DNA of 64,000 nt, from positions 6,159-70,158 of the forward strand of contig JBAYUF010000005.1 in NCBI GenBank assembly GCA_041675205.1, given 5' to 3'. Under the pieces are notes generated by a model. The model ran no database searches. It was not told the DNA's origin and was given only the letters and a program-made list of their open reading frames with translations. Position numbers and translations under genes: made by a program. This DNA is from Patescibacteria group bacterium. Lineage in GTDB: Bacteria > Patescibacteriota > Patescibacteriia > GWA2-46-9. Within the stretch, counting starts at the first letter, position 1. Each line of letters begins with the position of its first letter. Shown one piece after another: positions 18,425-27,025 of the stretch.

Positions 18425-18514
18425 CTCGAGGTGCGTCGTTTTCGTCTTCGAAACAAGGCTCCAAACGCCTTACTGGTGTTGACCGACCGGGGTTCGATCT
18501 CGAGGTGGCCCGCA
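18425..18514 (+). repeat. structured intergenic repeat family A, copy 5
   Basis: Starts right after the TAG stop. Its 3' end is degenerate (GGCCCGCA instead of GGCCTGCCA). A terminator hairpin CTGCC-ttaaac-GGCAG-TTTTTT follows at 18523-18551. Confidence 0.7.
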
Positions 18515-18598
18515 GCAACAAATCTGCCTTAAACGGCAGGTTTTTTATTACTCAAAACGACAGGCATCGTGAAGTTAGAACTGTGATAGAATGTATGT

Positions 18599-18934
18599 AT
18601 GACCTTTTTACAAAAAACTATATTTGTTCTGATTATCCTGCTTATCCCCATAGCCTTTTTGCTAGGAGGTTTTCTTGGCAATTTGAAATATGCAGCACCT
18701 TTGGCACACTGTAATCCTGCCTCCGTGCCATATGAAAACGCTGAAACCCAAGAAGTATCTCTACCGATGAGTACTATGTTCAGAAACTATTATGGACATA
18801 CGTATAATTTTAGTGGTCATATTGTGCCTAAAGGGGTCAGTCTAAAAGATTATTATTCAACATTTAACTCTGGTGGTTTTCATTATCTTAAAACTACCAA
18901 TGGAGAGGTAGTCGCTTGTGGATTTTATAAGTAG
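18599..18934 (+). CDS. small membrane-anchored hypothetical protein
   Basis: Hydrophobic N-terminus. ATG lies 7 nt after an extended -10 element (TGATAGAAT, 18584-18592), implying a leaderless transcript. Confidence 0.45.
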   Translation: MTFLQKTIFVLIILLIPIAFLLGGFLGNLKYAAPLAHCNPASVPYENAETQEVSLPMSTMFRNYYGHTYNFSGHIVPKGVSLKDYYSTFNSGGFHYLKTTNGEVVACGFYK

Positions 18935-19015
18935 CGAGCGGGGACTAATCGCAAATCAGGAACATAAATAAACTCACACTGCCGCTGAATAATGGTTTTG
19001 ACGTCCTCCACGATG

Positions 19016-19099
19016 CCCTGCCATCAGAAACGACCCGTAAACTCGGGTCGTTTCTGGTAGAGGGGAGTGGGACATAGAACTGTGATAGAATATTTAAGT
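19016..19099 (+). promoter_or_regulatory. terminator-promoter junction module (CCCTGCCA / 13-bp hairpin / extended -10 TGATAGAAT)
   Basis: Perfect hairpin CAGAAACGACCCG-taaact-CGGGTCGTTTCTG, then GGACATAGAACTGTGATAGAAT. ATG of the next gene is 9 nt after the -10. Confidence 0.6.
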
Positions 19100-20278
19100 A
19101 TGCAAAAAATTACTACAAGCGAGTACGCGGATTTGACACAGCACGAACTAGAGGCGCTGAAACATGAGTTTAACCTTGCGGATGCACATACTCATCAATC
19201 GCAATCGCTCACCCAGCGGAAGATTATAAGTCGACTACCAAGCCTCTGGTACCAATCGGAAAGAGCCACACAGGTCGAAATGGAGAATAAATTTATTCGT
19301 TCTTTTTTTCAGTATCATCAACAGCCTACGGCATTGAAAACACCTTCATTGTTAGTCTATGCAGCCTCCATTGGGATGGTAATTGTCTCTAACTATTTCA
19401 AGAAAAAACAACTGTCCGTTCAGCTGATAACCCCTTGTTTTGATAATCTTCCTGACCTACTAAGAAATCTTGGAGTACCAATTAAGCCGTTGCGAGAAGA
19501 GTTATTAGAGGACGCTAGTGCTATTTATCAGAATCTAGAGCGACATTGTAAAAGTGACGTTATTTTTCTTGTCTCTCCCAATAATCCGACGGGGTTTGAA
19601 CTTACAGGTAACGTAGGCACTGACTATAAGGCACGATTTAAGGAACTGATTCGCTTTGCCAAGAATCATAATAAAATCCTTGCGTTCGACTTTTGTTTTG
19701 CTTCGTTTATAGTGCAGGATGCAAAAGTACCTACGTTTGATGTCTACAGCCTGCTAGAAAAATCGGGTGTGAGCTATATTGCCATTGAGGACTCTGGGAA
19801 AACGTGGCCGCTGCAAGATGCCAAGGTGGCACTTATTAAAGCGAGCAAGAATCTTTATCCTGAGCTCCACAATATTCATACGGCGTATTTGCTCAACGTT
19901 TCACCATTTATTTTGAATCTTGTAAGCGAGTATTGTGAAGATTCGATAAAAGACAAGGGTTCTAGTATCAAGAACCTGCTTGAACGAAATCGCAAGATTG
20001 TTAAAAAGGAATTAAGCGGAGACCTGCTTGAGTTTATGGAACCTGGCACACTTGTTAGTGTCGCGTGGTTCAAGATTAGAAATTCGAAGATTATGGCAAC
20101 GACCTTGCAGAAGCATCTCTATCGCAAGGCAAGGGTGTACGTATTGCCAGGAACATACTTTTTTTGGGATAAGCCGACCAGGGGAGAAAGGTATATACGA
20201 ATTGCCTTAGCGCGTGACACGATTATGTTCAAAAAAGCAATCGCAAAAGTTAAGAAGGCTCTCTATGCATACAGGTAA
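19100..20278 (+). CDS. PLP-dependent aminotransferase (class I/II fold)
   Basis: SPNNPTG motif and a candidate PLP-lysine in EDSGKTW. Start moved to the ATG at 19100 because the track start at 19067 lies inside the promoter element. Confidence 0.6.
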   Translation: MQKITTSEYADLTQHELEALKHEFNLADAHTHQSQSLTQRKIISRLPSLWYQSERATQVEMENKFIRSFFQYHQQPTALKTPSLLVYAASIGMVIVSNYFKKKQLSVQLITPCFDNLPDLLRNLGVPIKPLREELLEDASAIYQNLERHCKSDVIFLVSPNNPTGFELTGNVGTDYKARFKELIRFAKNHNKILAFDFCFASFIVQDAKVPTFDVYSLLEKSGVSYIAIEDSGKTWPLQDAKVALIKASKNLYPELHNIHTAYLLNVSPFILNLVSEYCEDSIKDKGSSIKNLLERNRKIVKKELSGDLLEFMEPGTLVSVAWFKIRNSKIMATTLQKHLYRKARVYVLPGTYFFWDKPTRGERYIRIALARDTIMFKKAIAKVKKALYAYR

Positions 20279-21023
20279 AGAACTCGCGATTCCTTTAGTA
20301 TCCCCTATGCTTGACGGGGCGATAGATAAAGAGTCCATCAGACGCCTTGTGTCATTCTGCGAACCGTATGTGGATATATATGTTCCATGTCTTTCTTCGG
20401 GTGAAGGTGAGAAACTTAGTTCGAGTCAGTGGTCAGAAGTGGTTAGTGCAGTGAGAAGCGAAACAGACAAACCCGTCTATTGTGGGATTTTGAAAGAGGG
20501 AAAAGAAGAGGTACAACAGTATTTGGTTTTGGCGGCCAAGTATGGGTGTGAGGGCGTTGTTATTAAGGTGGAGATGCTTCATCCAAACAATGGTTTGGAT
20601 TTTTCTGGCCTGAAGCTCATTCTTTATAATCAAGAGGGGTCTAAAGCAACGGCGGCTGAATTACTACAACTATCAAGGCATCCTCAAGTAGTCGCAATTA
20701 AAGACAGTTCTGAGAATGTAAGTTTATTCAACGAGCTCTCGGAGTCTTTAGCTCGGGAGGGGAGTGCGGTGAAATTATATCAAGGAATGGAAACCACGAT
20801 TCTTCAAACGCCTGACGCCGATGGGATGCTCATTTCATTGGCTAATGTAGAGCCGAGCTTTTGTAGAAAACTGCTATCGGAGCAAGGTGGAAAGGCTGCA
20901 CAAGAGCTCGATGGCTACATTGAGCGCTATAATCTAAAAGACGGTCAGTGGTATAAGTCCTTAAAAGAAGCCCTGTATAGTATGAAAGTCATTAACTCTC
21001 CGCAACTTGTTGGCCAGGAGTAA
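20264..21023 (+). CDS. DapA/N-acetylneuraminate-lyase family class I aldolase-like protein
   Basis: AIPLVSPMLDG, SSGEGEKLS and VAIKDSS (Schiff-base Lys context). Overlaps the aminotransferase stop, suggesting an operon. Confidence 0.5.
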
Positions 21024-21024
21024 T

Positions 21025-21510
21025 ATGAAAAATATTTACGTAGATTCAGGCGTATTTTTGGCGATGCATAGCATTGATGAAAAAATCCGTGTTACGTGCA
21101 AGAACTTTTTTGTTGCCAATTTTTCAAAGCAGTTGTTCATGTTGCTGGAAGATGTTGGGCAGTGTGATGCCGTGATTTGGAAGGAAGAAAGAGAATTGCA
21201 GGATGCTTATTATCCATTCATGGACAACTTGCATACGTTGATGAAAATCGAGCGAGTTCCTTATAATAAGGGCGCCTTAGAGAATATTGATGAGCTACGG
21301 ATAATTGATAGTAGTTTCTCTATCAGCGACCTTCTGACCTTGTCTCATGTTAAAGCGAGTGGTGCAGTACTGTATACACTTGGGGTATCTCGTTTGAAAA
21401 TTGATAGCATATGTAAAGCCTTGCCTGAACAGGAGGCGAGTGAACTTAGTTTCGAGCAGCAGCTTGAGCGACTATATCAAGAGTCTTTAAAACTAAGAGT
21501 GGGTCAGTAG
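21025..21510 (+). CDS. hypothetical protein
   Basis: ORF continuing the operon with no recognizable motifs. Start ambiguous (21007 or 21025). Confidence 0.4.
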   Translation: MKNIYVDSGVFLAMHSIDEKIRVTCKNFFVANFSKQLFMLLEDVGQCDAVIWKEERELQDAYYPFMDNLHTLMKIERVPYNKGALENIDELRIIDSSFSISDLLTLSHVKASGAVLYTLGVSRLKIDSICKALPEQEASELSFEQQLERLYQESLKLRVGQ

Positions 21511-21613
21511 CTCCGTGTATACATATCAGGACGGTAACTAGATAAAGCAAAGTTCTGCAGTTGAAGTTCTAGTTTGATAGCTACCCAATTCTAGGTTCAA
21601 ACTTGTGTACTAG

Positions 21614-21692
21614 CCCTGCCATCAGAAATGACCTATAAACTCGGGTCGTTTTTGATAGAGCGAAACAGGACATGGAACTGTGATAATATAAC
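21614..21692 (+). promoter_or_regulatory. terminator-promoter junction module, copy 2 (degenerate hairpin; extended -10 TGATAATAT)
   Basis: GCCCTGCCATCAGAAATGACC...GGACATGGAACTGTGATAATAT. ATG at 21696 is about 7 nt after the -10. Confidence 0.55.
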
Positions 21693-22373
21693 TTGATGAA
21701 AGACAAAGTCATTGTTATTACGGGTGGAAGCAAAGGCCTCGGCAAGGGTCTCGCTAATATTTTGGCAAATAACAGTAATAGAGTAGTCATTTGCGCTCGA
21801 CATGAAGTTGAATTAGATAAGACTGCGAAAGAGATTGGCGCAATCCCTTTTCTTGCGGATGTGGCAAAAGAAGAGGATGTAGAATTGCTTGCCGCCTATG
21901 CTGTAAAAGAATTTGGATGCATTGATTTATGGATAAACAATGCCGGCATTTGGTTGCCCCATGCATCGATTGAAGACACCGATCTAAAAAAAGTGCAAGA
22001 GATGTTTTTGGTTAATGTGTTTGGTACGATGAATGGCTCAAAGATTGCGCTTACGCAAATGAGGAAACAGGGTCATGGAACGGTCGTTAACATTATTTCA
22101 ACAAGCGGATTAATTGCTCGGCCTCAGTCGTCAGGATATGCGGCAAGTAAGTGGGCAGTTCGTGGATTTACTGATTCAATTCGTGAAGAAGTTAAGGGCA
22201 CGGATATCCATGTTCTGAGTGTGTACCCCGGGGGCATGCAAACAGATCTATTTGGCGAACAGAAACCGGAAGAGATGAATAAGTATATGACGTTCGAATC
22301 AGTGGCAGAGAAAATTATTGAAAATTTAGATGCCCTGGAACCATTGACGGAACTAATCATCAAGCGCACGTAA
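21693..22373 (+). CDS. SDR-family short-chain dehydrogenase/reductase
   Basis: TGGSKGLGKG cofactor motif, NNAG, and catalytic YAASK. Confidence 0.75.
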   Translation: MMKDKVIVITGGSKGLGKGLANILANNSNRVVICARHEVELDKTAKEIGAIPFLADVAKEEDVELLAAYAVKEFGCIDLWINNAGIWLPHASIEDTDLKKVQEMFLVNVFGTMNGSKIALTQMRKQGHGTVVNIISTSGLIARPQSSGYAASKWAVRGFTDSIREEVKGTDIHVLSVYPGGMQTDLFGEQKPEEMNKYMTFESVAEKIIENLDALEPLTELIIKRT

Positions 22374-22396
22374 GTTCTGTTCGTTTTTGATAGAAG

Positions 22397-23347
22397 GTGA
22401 CGATGATTCTAGTCCCGCTGTGCGGGACGGATTCAACTATTTCCGAGCCGCTCCTTGTTACGATACGAGACATAGTTGAGTACCTCAAAATCCTATTTAT
22501 GCGATACGATTACAAAATTAGCCGCGCTGTTTCATTCGCCATTGAAACGCACGAAATTAACCAAAAACAAAAGCGGAAGGGAAAAGATATTGCCTACATC
22601 ACGCATCCTCTCACTGTTGGGCTTATATTGTCGCGCTGCGGTGCTAGTGACGAGGTCGTAGTGGCGGGCATACTGCATGATACTGTTGAGGATAGCGTTG
22701 ACGATCACAAAGTAACTATCGCGATGCTTCAAGAACGTTTTGGTAAGAAAGTTGCTGAACTCGTTACTAGTGTCACCGAAACAAACCGAGCGCTGCCATG
22801 GAGTGAGCGCAAGCGTGAAGCACTCGAACATGTTGCATCATTTTCACATGAGGCGTTGCTGGTGAAATCCGCCGATGTCATTAGTAATGCAACCGAAATC
22901 ATAGATGACCACAAGCATGATGGCGACTCAGTGTTTGCTCGTTTTAATGCGCCAAAGATTGATGTTCTTCAGAACTACTTATGGGTAATTACGGCCATTA
23001 TTAAATGTTGGCCAGACAGCCCACTTGCAGAAGACTTGCGTTCCGTTGCTAATGGACTACAGGATATGGCTGCGCTTCATTTCATGCAGAACCATCGAGC
23101 TATTGTTATTGAGTATCGGGATTACAGTGAAGACATGCCTATTCAGTGCCCGGTGTGTGATTGGAGTGGTACGCCCAAGGAAAGTGGACTCCTCAATACT
23201 GACAGCCAGGCAGCGCTTGATGTCTCCTGCCGTAATTGCGACAAGATTCTGCTCGTCGTAGAGTATGCCTCTGGCAATGAGGTGGGTAACGAAAGTGAGA
23301 TTGCATTTATTCCCAAGATGAAAAAGAAAATGGACGAAAGTAGCTAG
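22397..23347 (+). CDS. HD-domain phosphohydrolase (RelA/SpoT-type ppGpp-hydrolase-like) with C-terminal CxxC...CxxC zinc ribbon
   Basis: AVSFAIETHE...GKDIAYITHPLTVGLIL...GILHDTVED (HD motif); CPVCDW...CRNCDK at the C-terminus. True start may be the Met at 22499. Confidence 0.55.
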   Translation: MTMILVPLCGTDSTISEPLLVTIRDIVEYLKILFMRYDYKISRAVSFAIETHEINQKQKRKGKDIAYITHPLTVGLILSRCGASDEVVVAGILHDTVEDSVDDHKVTIAMLQERFGKKVAELVTSVTETNRALPWSERKREALEHVASFSHEALLVKSADVISNATEIIDDHKHDGDSVFARFNAPKIDVLQNYLWVITAIIKCWPDSPLAEDLRSVANGLQDMAALHFMQNHRAIVIEYRDYSEDMPIQCPVCDWSGTPKESGLLNTDSQAALDVSCRNCDKILLVVEYASGNEVGNESEIAFIPKMKKKMDESS

Positions 23348-23611
23348 GCATTGCTTCGAAGCACTTTCTTTTTAAGCTAGAGTGATCCTGGATCAAGCAC
23401 CGCAAGCGTTTTCAAGTCTGGTACATAAAATCCGTTTGACTGCCGTATACTGGTTCTAACGTCCTCTATGATGCCCGCCAGTTTGAGCTAGCACGAGAAG
23501 CATCGTTTCAAGATAGTTAGAAATCAACACCCAGGTGAAAGCCTGGGTGTTGATGTTTGATAGGTAAACCAGAAAAGTTTGGAACTGTGATAAAATTACA
23601 TAATGCAAGAT

Positions 23612-24101
23612 GTTAACTTTTCAGTTGATGGAAAAAAGCTCACAGGTAACACTTTTTTCCAGAAACACTTCAGTTAAAAAATCCAGCCGCTTTGATTATT
23701 CATGGATGGGAGAGTAAACAGGACAGAGGTTTTTTATTAGCGGAGGCGCTCGCTGAACAACGTGACTAAAAAGTTTTATCACAAATTGCCAGGAGGGGGA
23801 GTTGAGGAAGGTGAAGACATTGAGACTGGATTGCGTCGAGAATCGTTTGAGGAGATTGGTTGTACAATTGAGTATATTCATGAGCTAGGAACTATTGAAG
23901 AATATCGAAATGAATGCAGAAACGGGGGAGGTCGGCATCAAATCTCACATTGCTTCATCGCCGAAATTGCTGGAGATACTTGAAGTTGCTATCGAGAAAT
24001 TAGAAAGCGAGGCAAGTGTTGAAGATTATGAGGGCAAATTTATAAGATTAAGAGATCTTTTGTTTCTTAAAGAAGCAAGTTCGTGGATGCAGATCAATTG
24101 A
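23612..24101 (+). pseudogene. NUDIX hydrolase pseudogene (at least two frameshifts)
   Basis: The Nudix box LPGGGVEEGEDIETGLRRESFEEIG lies in one frame while the N-terminal and C-terminal segments continue in other frames (23612-23677, 23762-23983, 23895-24101). Confidence 0.55.
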
Positions 24102-24259
24102 AGCCCCTTCTTGATAGCTGTTGTTCTGCTGTGAGGTGGTTTTTAATAATAAAGTAATCATTGACAAAGAAAGTTTTTTTCAATAAGGTGTTGCTCGTCG
24201 TGGATGCGGAACGATTTTTAAAAACGAAGAAAGATTCAAATATTCGGTACGGAGGAATC

Positions 24260-24778
24260 ATGAACGAGGTGAAAACATTGGCACAGGTCTTGGCAAGGAT
24301 GACCTCAGAATTCATGCAAAGCGAAGCATTCAGGTTTCTCGCGAACCGGAGGCAGTATACGAATGAAGTGGTGCGTCGCGTCGATACATCCATCCCTGAG
24401 CTGAGGGTATTCGTTCAGGCAGTTATCTGTGTCTTCGGTAACAGAGGTGCTAGTGGGCTCACATTTGCCCTGGGTATCATCTTCCACTTGGTGGACCAGG
24501 ATACACCAAGTCGGGTGTGGCTTGAAAAGCACTTGCTGTTGCTTGATGACGAGATTGTCGAGAGGGCCGTCGACACGTTGCAGGAGGAGCCCCGCTGTCT
24601 CGTTGCTGCGGGTGAGCGTTCATCCGCAGGTGCTTATGAGGTTGCGGGCACTATAGAAGGCATGGGTACTTTCGAGGGTGAAGATGCAGCCAGGGGCGCA
24701 TTTGCAATCTTCGGATTACTGCAACAACTCGACAATGCACCCGCTGATGACGATCCTGGCTCTGCGTACTTGATTTAA
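24260..24778 (+). CDS. hypothetical protein in the second high-GC cassette
   Basis: About 60% GC. Strong SD (ACGGAGGAATCATG). Upstream promoter and leader are homologous to those of the 13033 cassette. Confidence 0.5.
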   Translation: MNEVKTLAQVLARMTSEFMQSEAFRFLANRRQYTNEVVRRVDTSIPELRVFVQAVICVFGNRGASGLTFALGIIFHLVDQDTPSRVWLEKHLLLLDDEIVERAVDTLQEEPRCLVAAGERSSAGAYEVAGTIEGMGTFEGEDAARGAFAIFGLLQQLDNAPADDDPGSAYLI

Positions 24779-24809
24779 TCACCACGGGTAACACTCAGTG
24801 GTGCTGACA

Positions 24810-24866
24810 GGGGGGCGGTCTGATTGGTTGCAACAAGCTTCCAAACGGCCCGCCCCTCGTCCTGTC
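24810..24866 (+). repeat. GC-rich imperfect palindrome, family B copy 2
   Basis: GGGGGCGGTCTGATTGG-TTGCAACAAGCTT-CCAAACGGCCCGCCCC, with the same loop as 13627-13680. Confidence 0.65.
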
Positions 24867-24908
24867 CAAATATTTAATTTTCATTTGAAACCATAGTTCT
24901 CAAGGTGG

Positions 24909-24991
24909 CCTGCCATCAGACATGACCCGTGAACTCGGGTCTTTTTTGGTAGAGAGGAGTAGCACATGGAACTGTGATAGTATTCGTACGT
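24909..24991 (+). promoter_or_regulatory. terminator-promoter junction module, copy 3 (extended -10 TGATAGTAT)
   Basis: GGCCTGCCATCAGACATGACCCGTGAACTCGGGTC...CACATGGAACTGTGATAGTAT. ATG at 24992 lies 8 nt after the -10. Confidence 0.55.
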
Positions 24992-25615
24992 ATGGAACTA
25001 TTTCTAACATCGAGCGTTCACGCTGTGGCGCAAGACATTGCCAAGAAGATTAACCTTGTTAAGGCAAACAAGCTAGTGTTTATCACTACTGCCGCTGAGC
25101 CGAAAGAGGAAGGGGATTTAACCTGGCTTTATAACGATAGACAGGCGTTGGTCGATGCTGGCTTTAATGTCGTTGATTATACAATTACTAATAAGAACAA
25201 AAGCGAGCTAGAGCGTGACCTTGAGGGTTTCGACTACATCTATCTCTCAGGAGGGAATACCGCTTATCTTTTACAACAATCTCAAAAATCAGGATTTGTT
25301 GCTTTGGTAAAAGAACTCGTTCAGAAGAAAGGTAAAGTCTACATCGGGACTAGTGCAGGCTCAGTCATTGCCGGGCCGAGACTCTCTGATTACTACATTG
25401 ACGAATCAACAGAGTTGGAAGACAAAAAAGGATATGGGTTTGTAAATTTTACAATTGTTCCGCATTGGGGTTCTGGTGATTTTAGAAAAACGTACTTAGG
25501 CGAGAGATTGAAGATTGTGTATAAAGAAGATCAAGTGCCCCTACTTCTTCTTACTGATAATCAATACGTTCACATAAAAGATGAGCAGATGAAGATCATT
25601 GATGTGAAAGAGTAA
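24992..25615 (+). CDS. S51-family peptidase (dipeptidase E/cyanophycinase-like)
   Basis: LSGGNTAYLL and GTSAGSVIAGP motifs. Confidence 0.6.
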   Translation: MELFLTSSVHAVAQDIAKKINLVKANKLVFITTAAEPKEEGDLTWLYNDRQALVDAGFNVVDYTITNKNKSELERDLEGFDYIYLSGGNTAYLLQQSQKSGFVALVKELVQKKGKVYIGTSAGSVIAGPRLSDYYIDESTELEDKKGYGFVNFTIVPHWGSGDFRKTYLGERLKIVYKEDQVPLLLLTDNQYVHIKDEQMKIIDVKE

Positions 25616-25629
25616 ATCGTGAGTTTTTT

Positions 25630-25740
25630 ATGAAGTTGCTAAAAACAATAAGTGATACAGAAAACCCACCCTGGGGGTGGGTGGGTGGGAAAAGGTGAGG
25701 ATATAGAGACCGGGTTGCGCACGAGACAATCTGCTAGAAG
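25630..25740 (+). pseudogene. NUDIX gene remnant carrying a G-quadruplex-type G-run
   Basis: GEDIETGLRTRQ Nudix-box fragment, homologous to 23800-23860, placed out of frame behind GGGGGTGGGTGGGTGGG (25673-25690). Confidence 0.45.
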
Positions 25741-25822
25741 ATAGTGAGTAGCAACCTTGTTGAATAGTAGGACAGCGATTATTCCGTAAGGCTTGATGTA
25801 GGACGGAGCCCCATACCTCGAT

Positions 25823-26128
25823 TCAGGGGCCTAAGGTGAGCAACAACAATTGAAACAGCAAGGGAACACCGAGCAACACGATACCCCAGCCAATACCTCG
25901 CCCGAGTTGGATCCATGGAAAGGGGAGCCTTTTGGCCAGTACACCCGGAAGCAAGATGCCTATTACGATCAGAGGCAACCAGATAATCTCGCTGCGAACA
26001 CTCGACCTGAATGTAGCCTGAAAGAACAAGAAAACGGTAACAGTGAGCAGGAGTAGAGAAGGGCTTACCAGAAAGCCGACTACGTATTGAATCAACGGGT
26101 AACGATATCGGGGTGTCATATGAATCAA
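25823..26128 (-). CDS. small multi-TM hypothetical membrane protein
   Basis: Strongly hydrophobic 101-aa ORF, preferred over the overlapping 169-aa frame. Low confidence. Confidence 0.3.
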   Translation of the reverse strand: MIHMTPRYRYPLIQYVVGFLVSPSLLLLTVTVFLFFQATFRSSVRSEIIWLPLIVIGILLPGVLAKRLPFPWIQLGRGIGWGIVLLGVPLLFQLLLLTLGP

Positions 26129-26334
26129 GTATACGCTTGGTGGACCGGTGACTGTGTGGATAAGTGGTGTCGAGCCGGCCGGAGAGTGAACGTCGGGATC
26201 TTGGCGGTTCCAGCCGTCGACGGGGCGGATTGGCTTCGTTCAGCAATTCTTCCGACTGACCTGCTCCTCGTCCTTCTCTGACCTCCAAAATAGTTCTCGC
26301 TAGGATGAAATTTTAATTATGTTAGAATAAAATC

Positions 26335-27015
26335 ATGAAAGATAAAGTCATCGTTATTACTGGCGGTAGTAGAGGTCTTGGGAAAGGGATGGCACAGCTT
26401 CTTGCGTCTAAAAAGAATACAGTAGTAATTTGTTCAAAAAATAAAACAGAAGTTGAAAAGACGGCGAAAGACATAAATGCCACTGCCTTCGTTGCGGACG
26501 TTACCAAAGAAAGCGATGTTAAAGCCCTGGCTGATTTTACAGTGAAACAATTTGGAGGTATTGATGTTTGGATAAACAATGCTGGCGTATGGTTGCCACA
26601 TGCAACAATTGAAGAGGTAGACATGAAACGAGTAGACGGTATCTTTGCGGTAAATGTGTTCGGCACTATGTATGGCGCAAAAACCGCCTTGCTTCAAATG
26701 AGGAAACAGCAATGCGGAACCGTTGTTAATATCGTTTCTACGAGTGGTCTTGATGCGAGGCCGACATCCTCAATCTATGCAGCCAGTAAATGGGCGGTAC
26801 GAGGCTTTACGGATTCCATCAGAGAAGAGTACAGAGAGACGAACATTAAGATACTGGCAGTATATCCAGGCGGAATGCAGACGGCTTTGTTTGATGAGAA
26901 AAAGCCAAATGATATAAACACATACATGAGCTTTGAATCCGTTGCAGAAAAAATCGTTGCCAACCTGGAGTTGGCGGAACCTTTAGAGGAATTGATTATT
27001 AAACGGCCATCTTGA
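26335..27015 (+). CDS. SDR-family short-chain dehydrogenase/reductase, paralog of 21693-22373
   Basis: TGGSRGLGKG, NNAG, YAASK. About 55-60% identical to the first SDR over its full length. Confidence 0.75.
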   Translation: MKDKVIVITGGSRGLGKGMAQLLASKKNTVVICSKNKTEVEKTAKDINATAFVADVTKESDVKALADFTVKQFGGIDVWINNAGVWLPHATIEEVDMKRVDGIFAVNVFGTMYGAKTALLQMRKQQCGTVVNIVSTSGLDARPTSSIYAASKWAVRGFTDSIREEYRETNIKILAVYPGGMQTALFDEKKPNDINTYMSFESVAEKIVANLELAEPLEELIIKRPS

Positions 27016-27025
27016 GGGCGGGTAT

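Noticed and set aside
12766-18514. Possibility that the family-A repeats form a CRISPR array
   Set aside because: The repeat units are about 91 nt with internal variable hairpins. The intervening sequences are 0.8-2.2 kb and encode genes, and no cas genes are present. This does not fit CRISPR repeat-spacer architecture.
25779-26288. 169-aa minus-strand ORF (MEVREGRGAGQSEELL...)
   Set aside because: It is Arg/Ser/Pro-rich with no motifs and overlaps a more plausible hydrophobic 101-aa frame. It is probably non-coding, GC-richer filler between cassettes.
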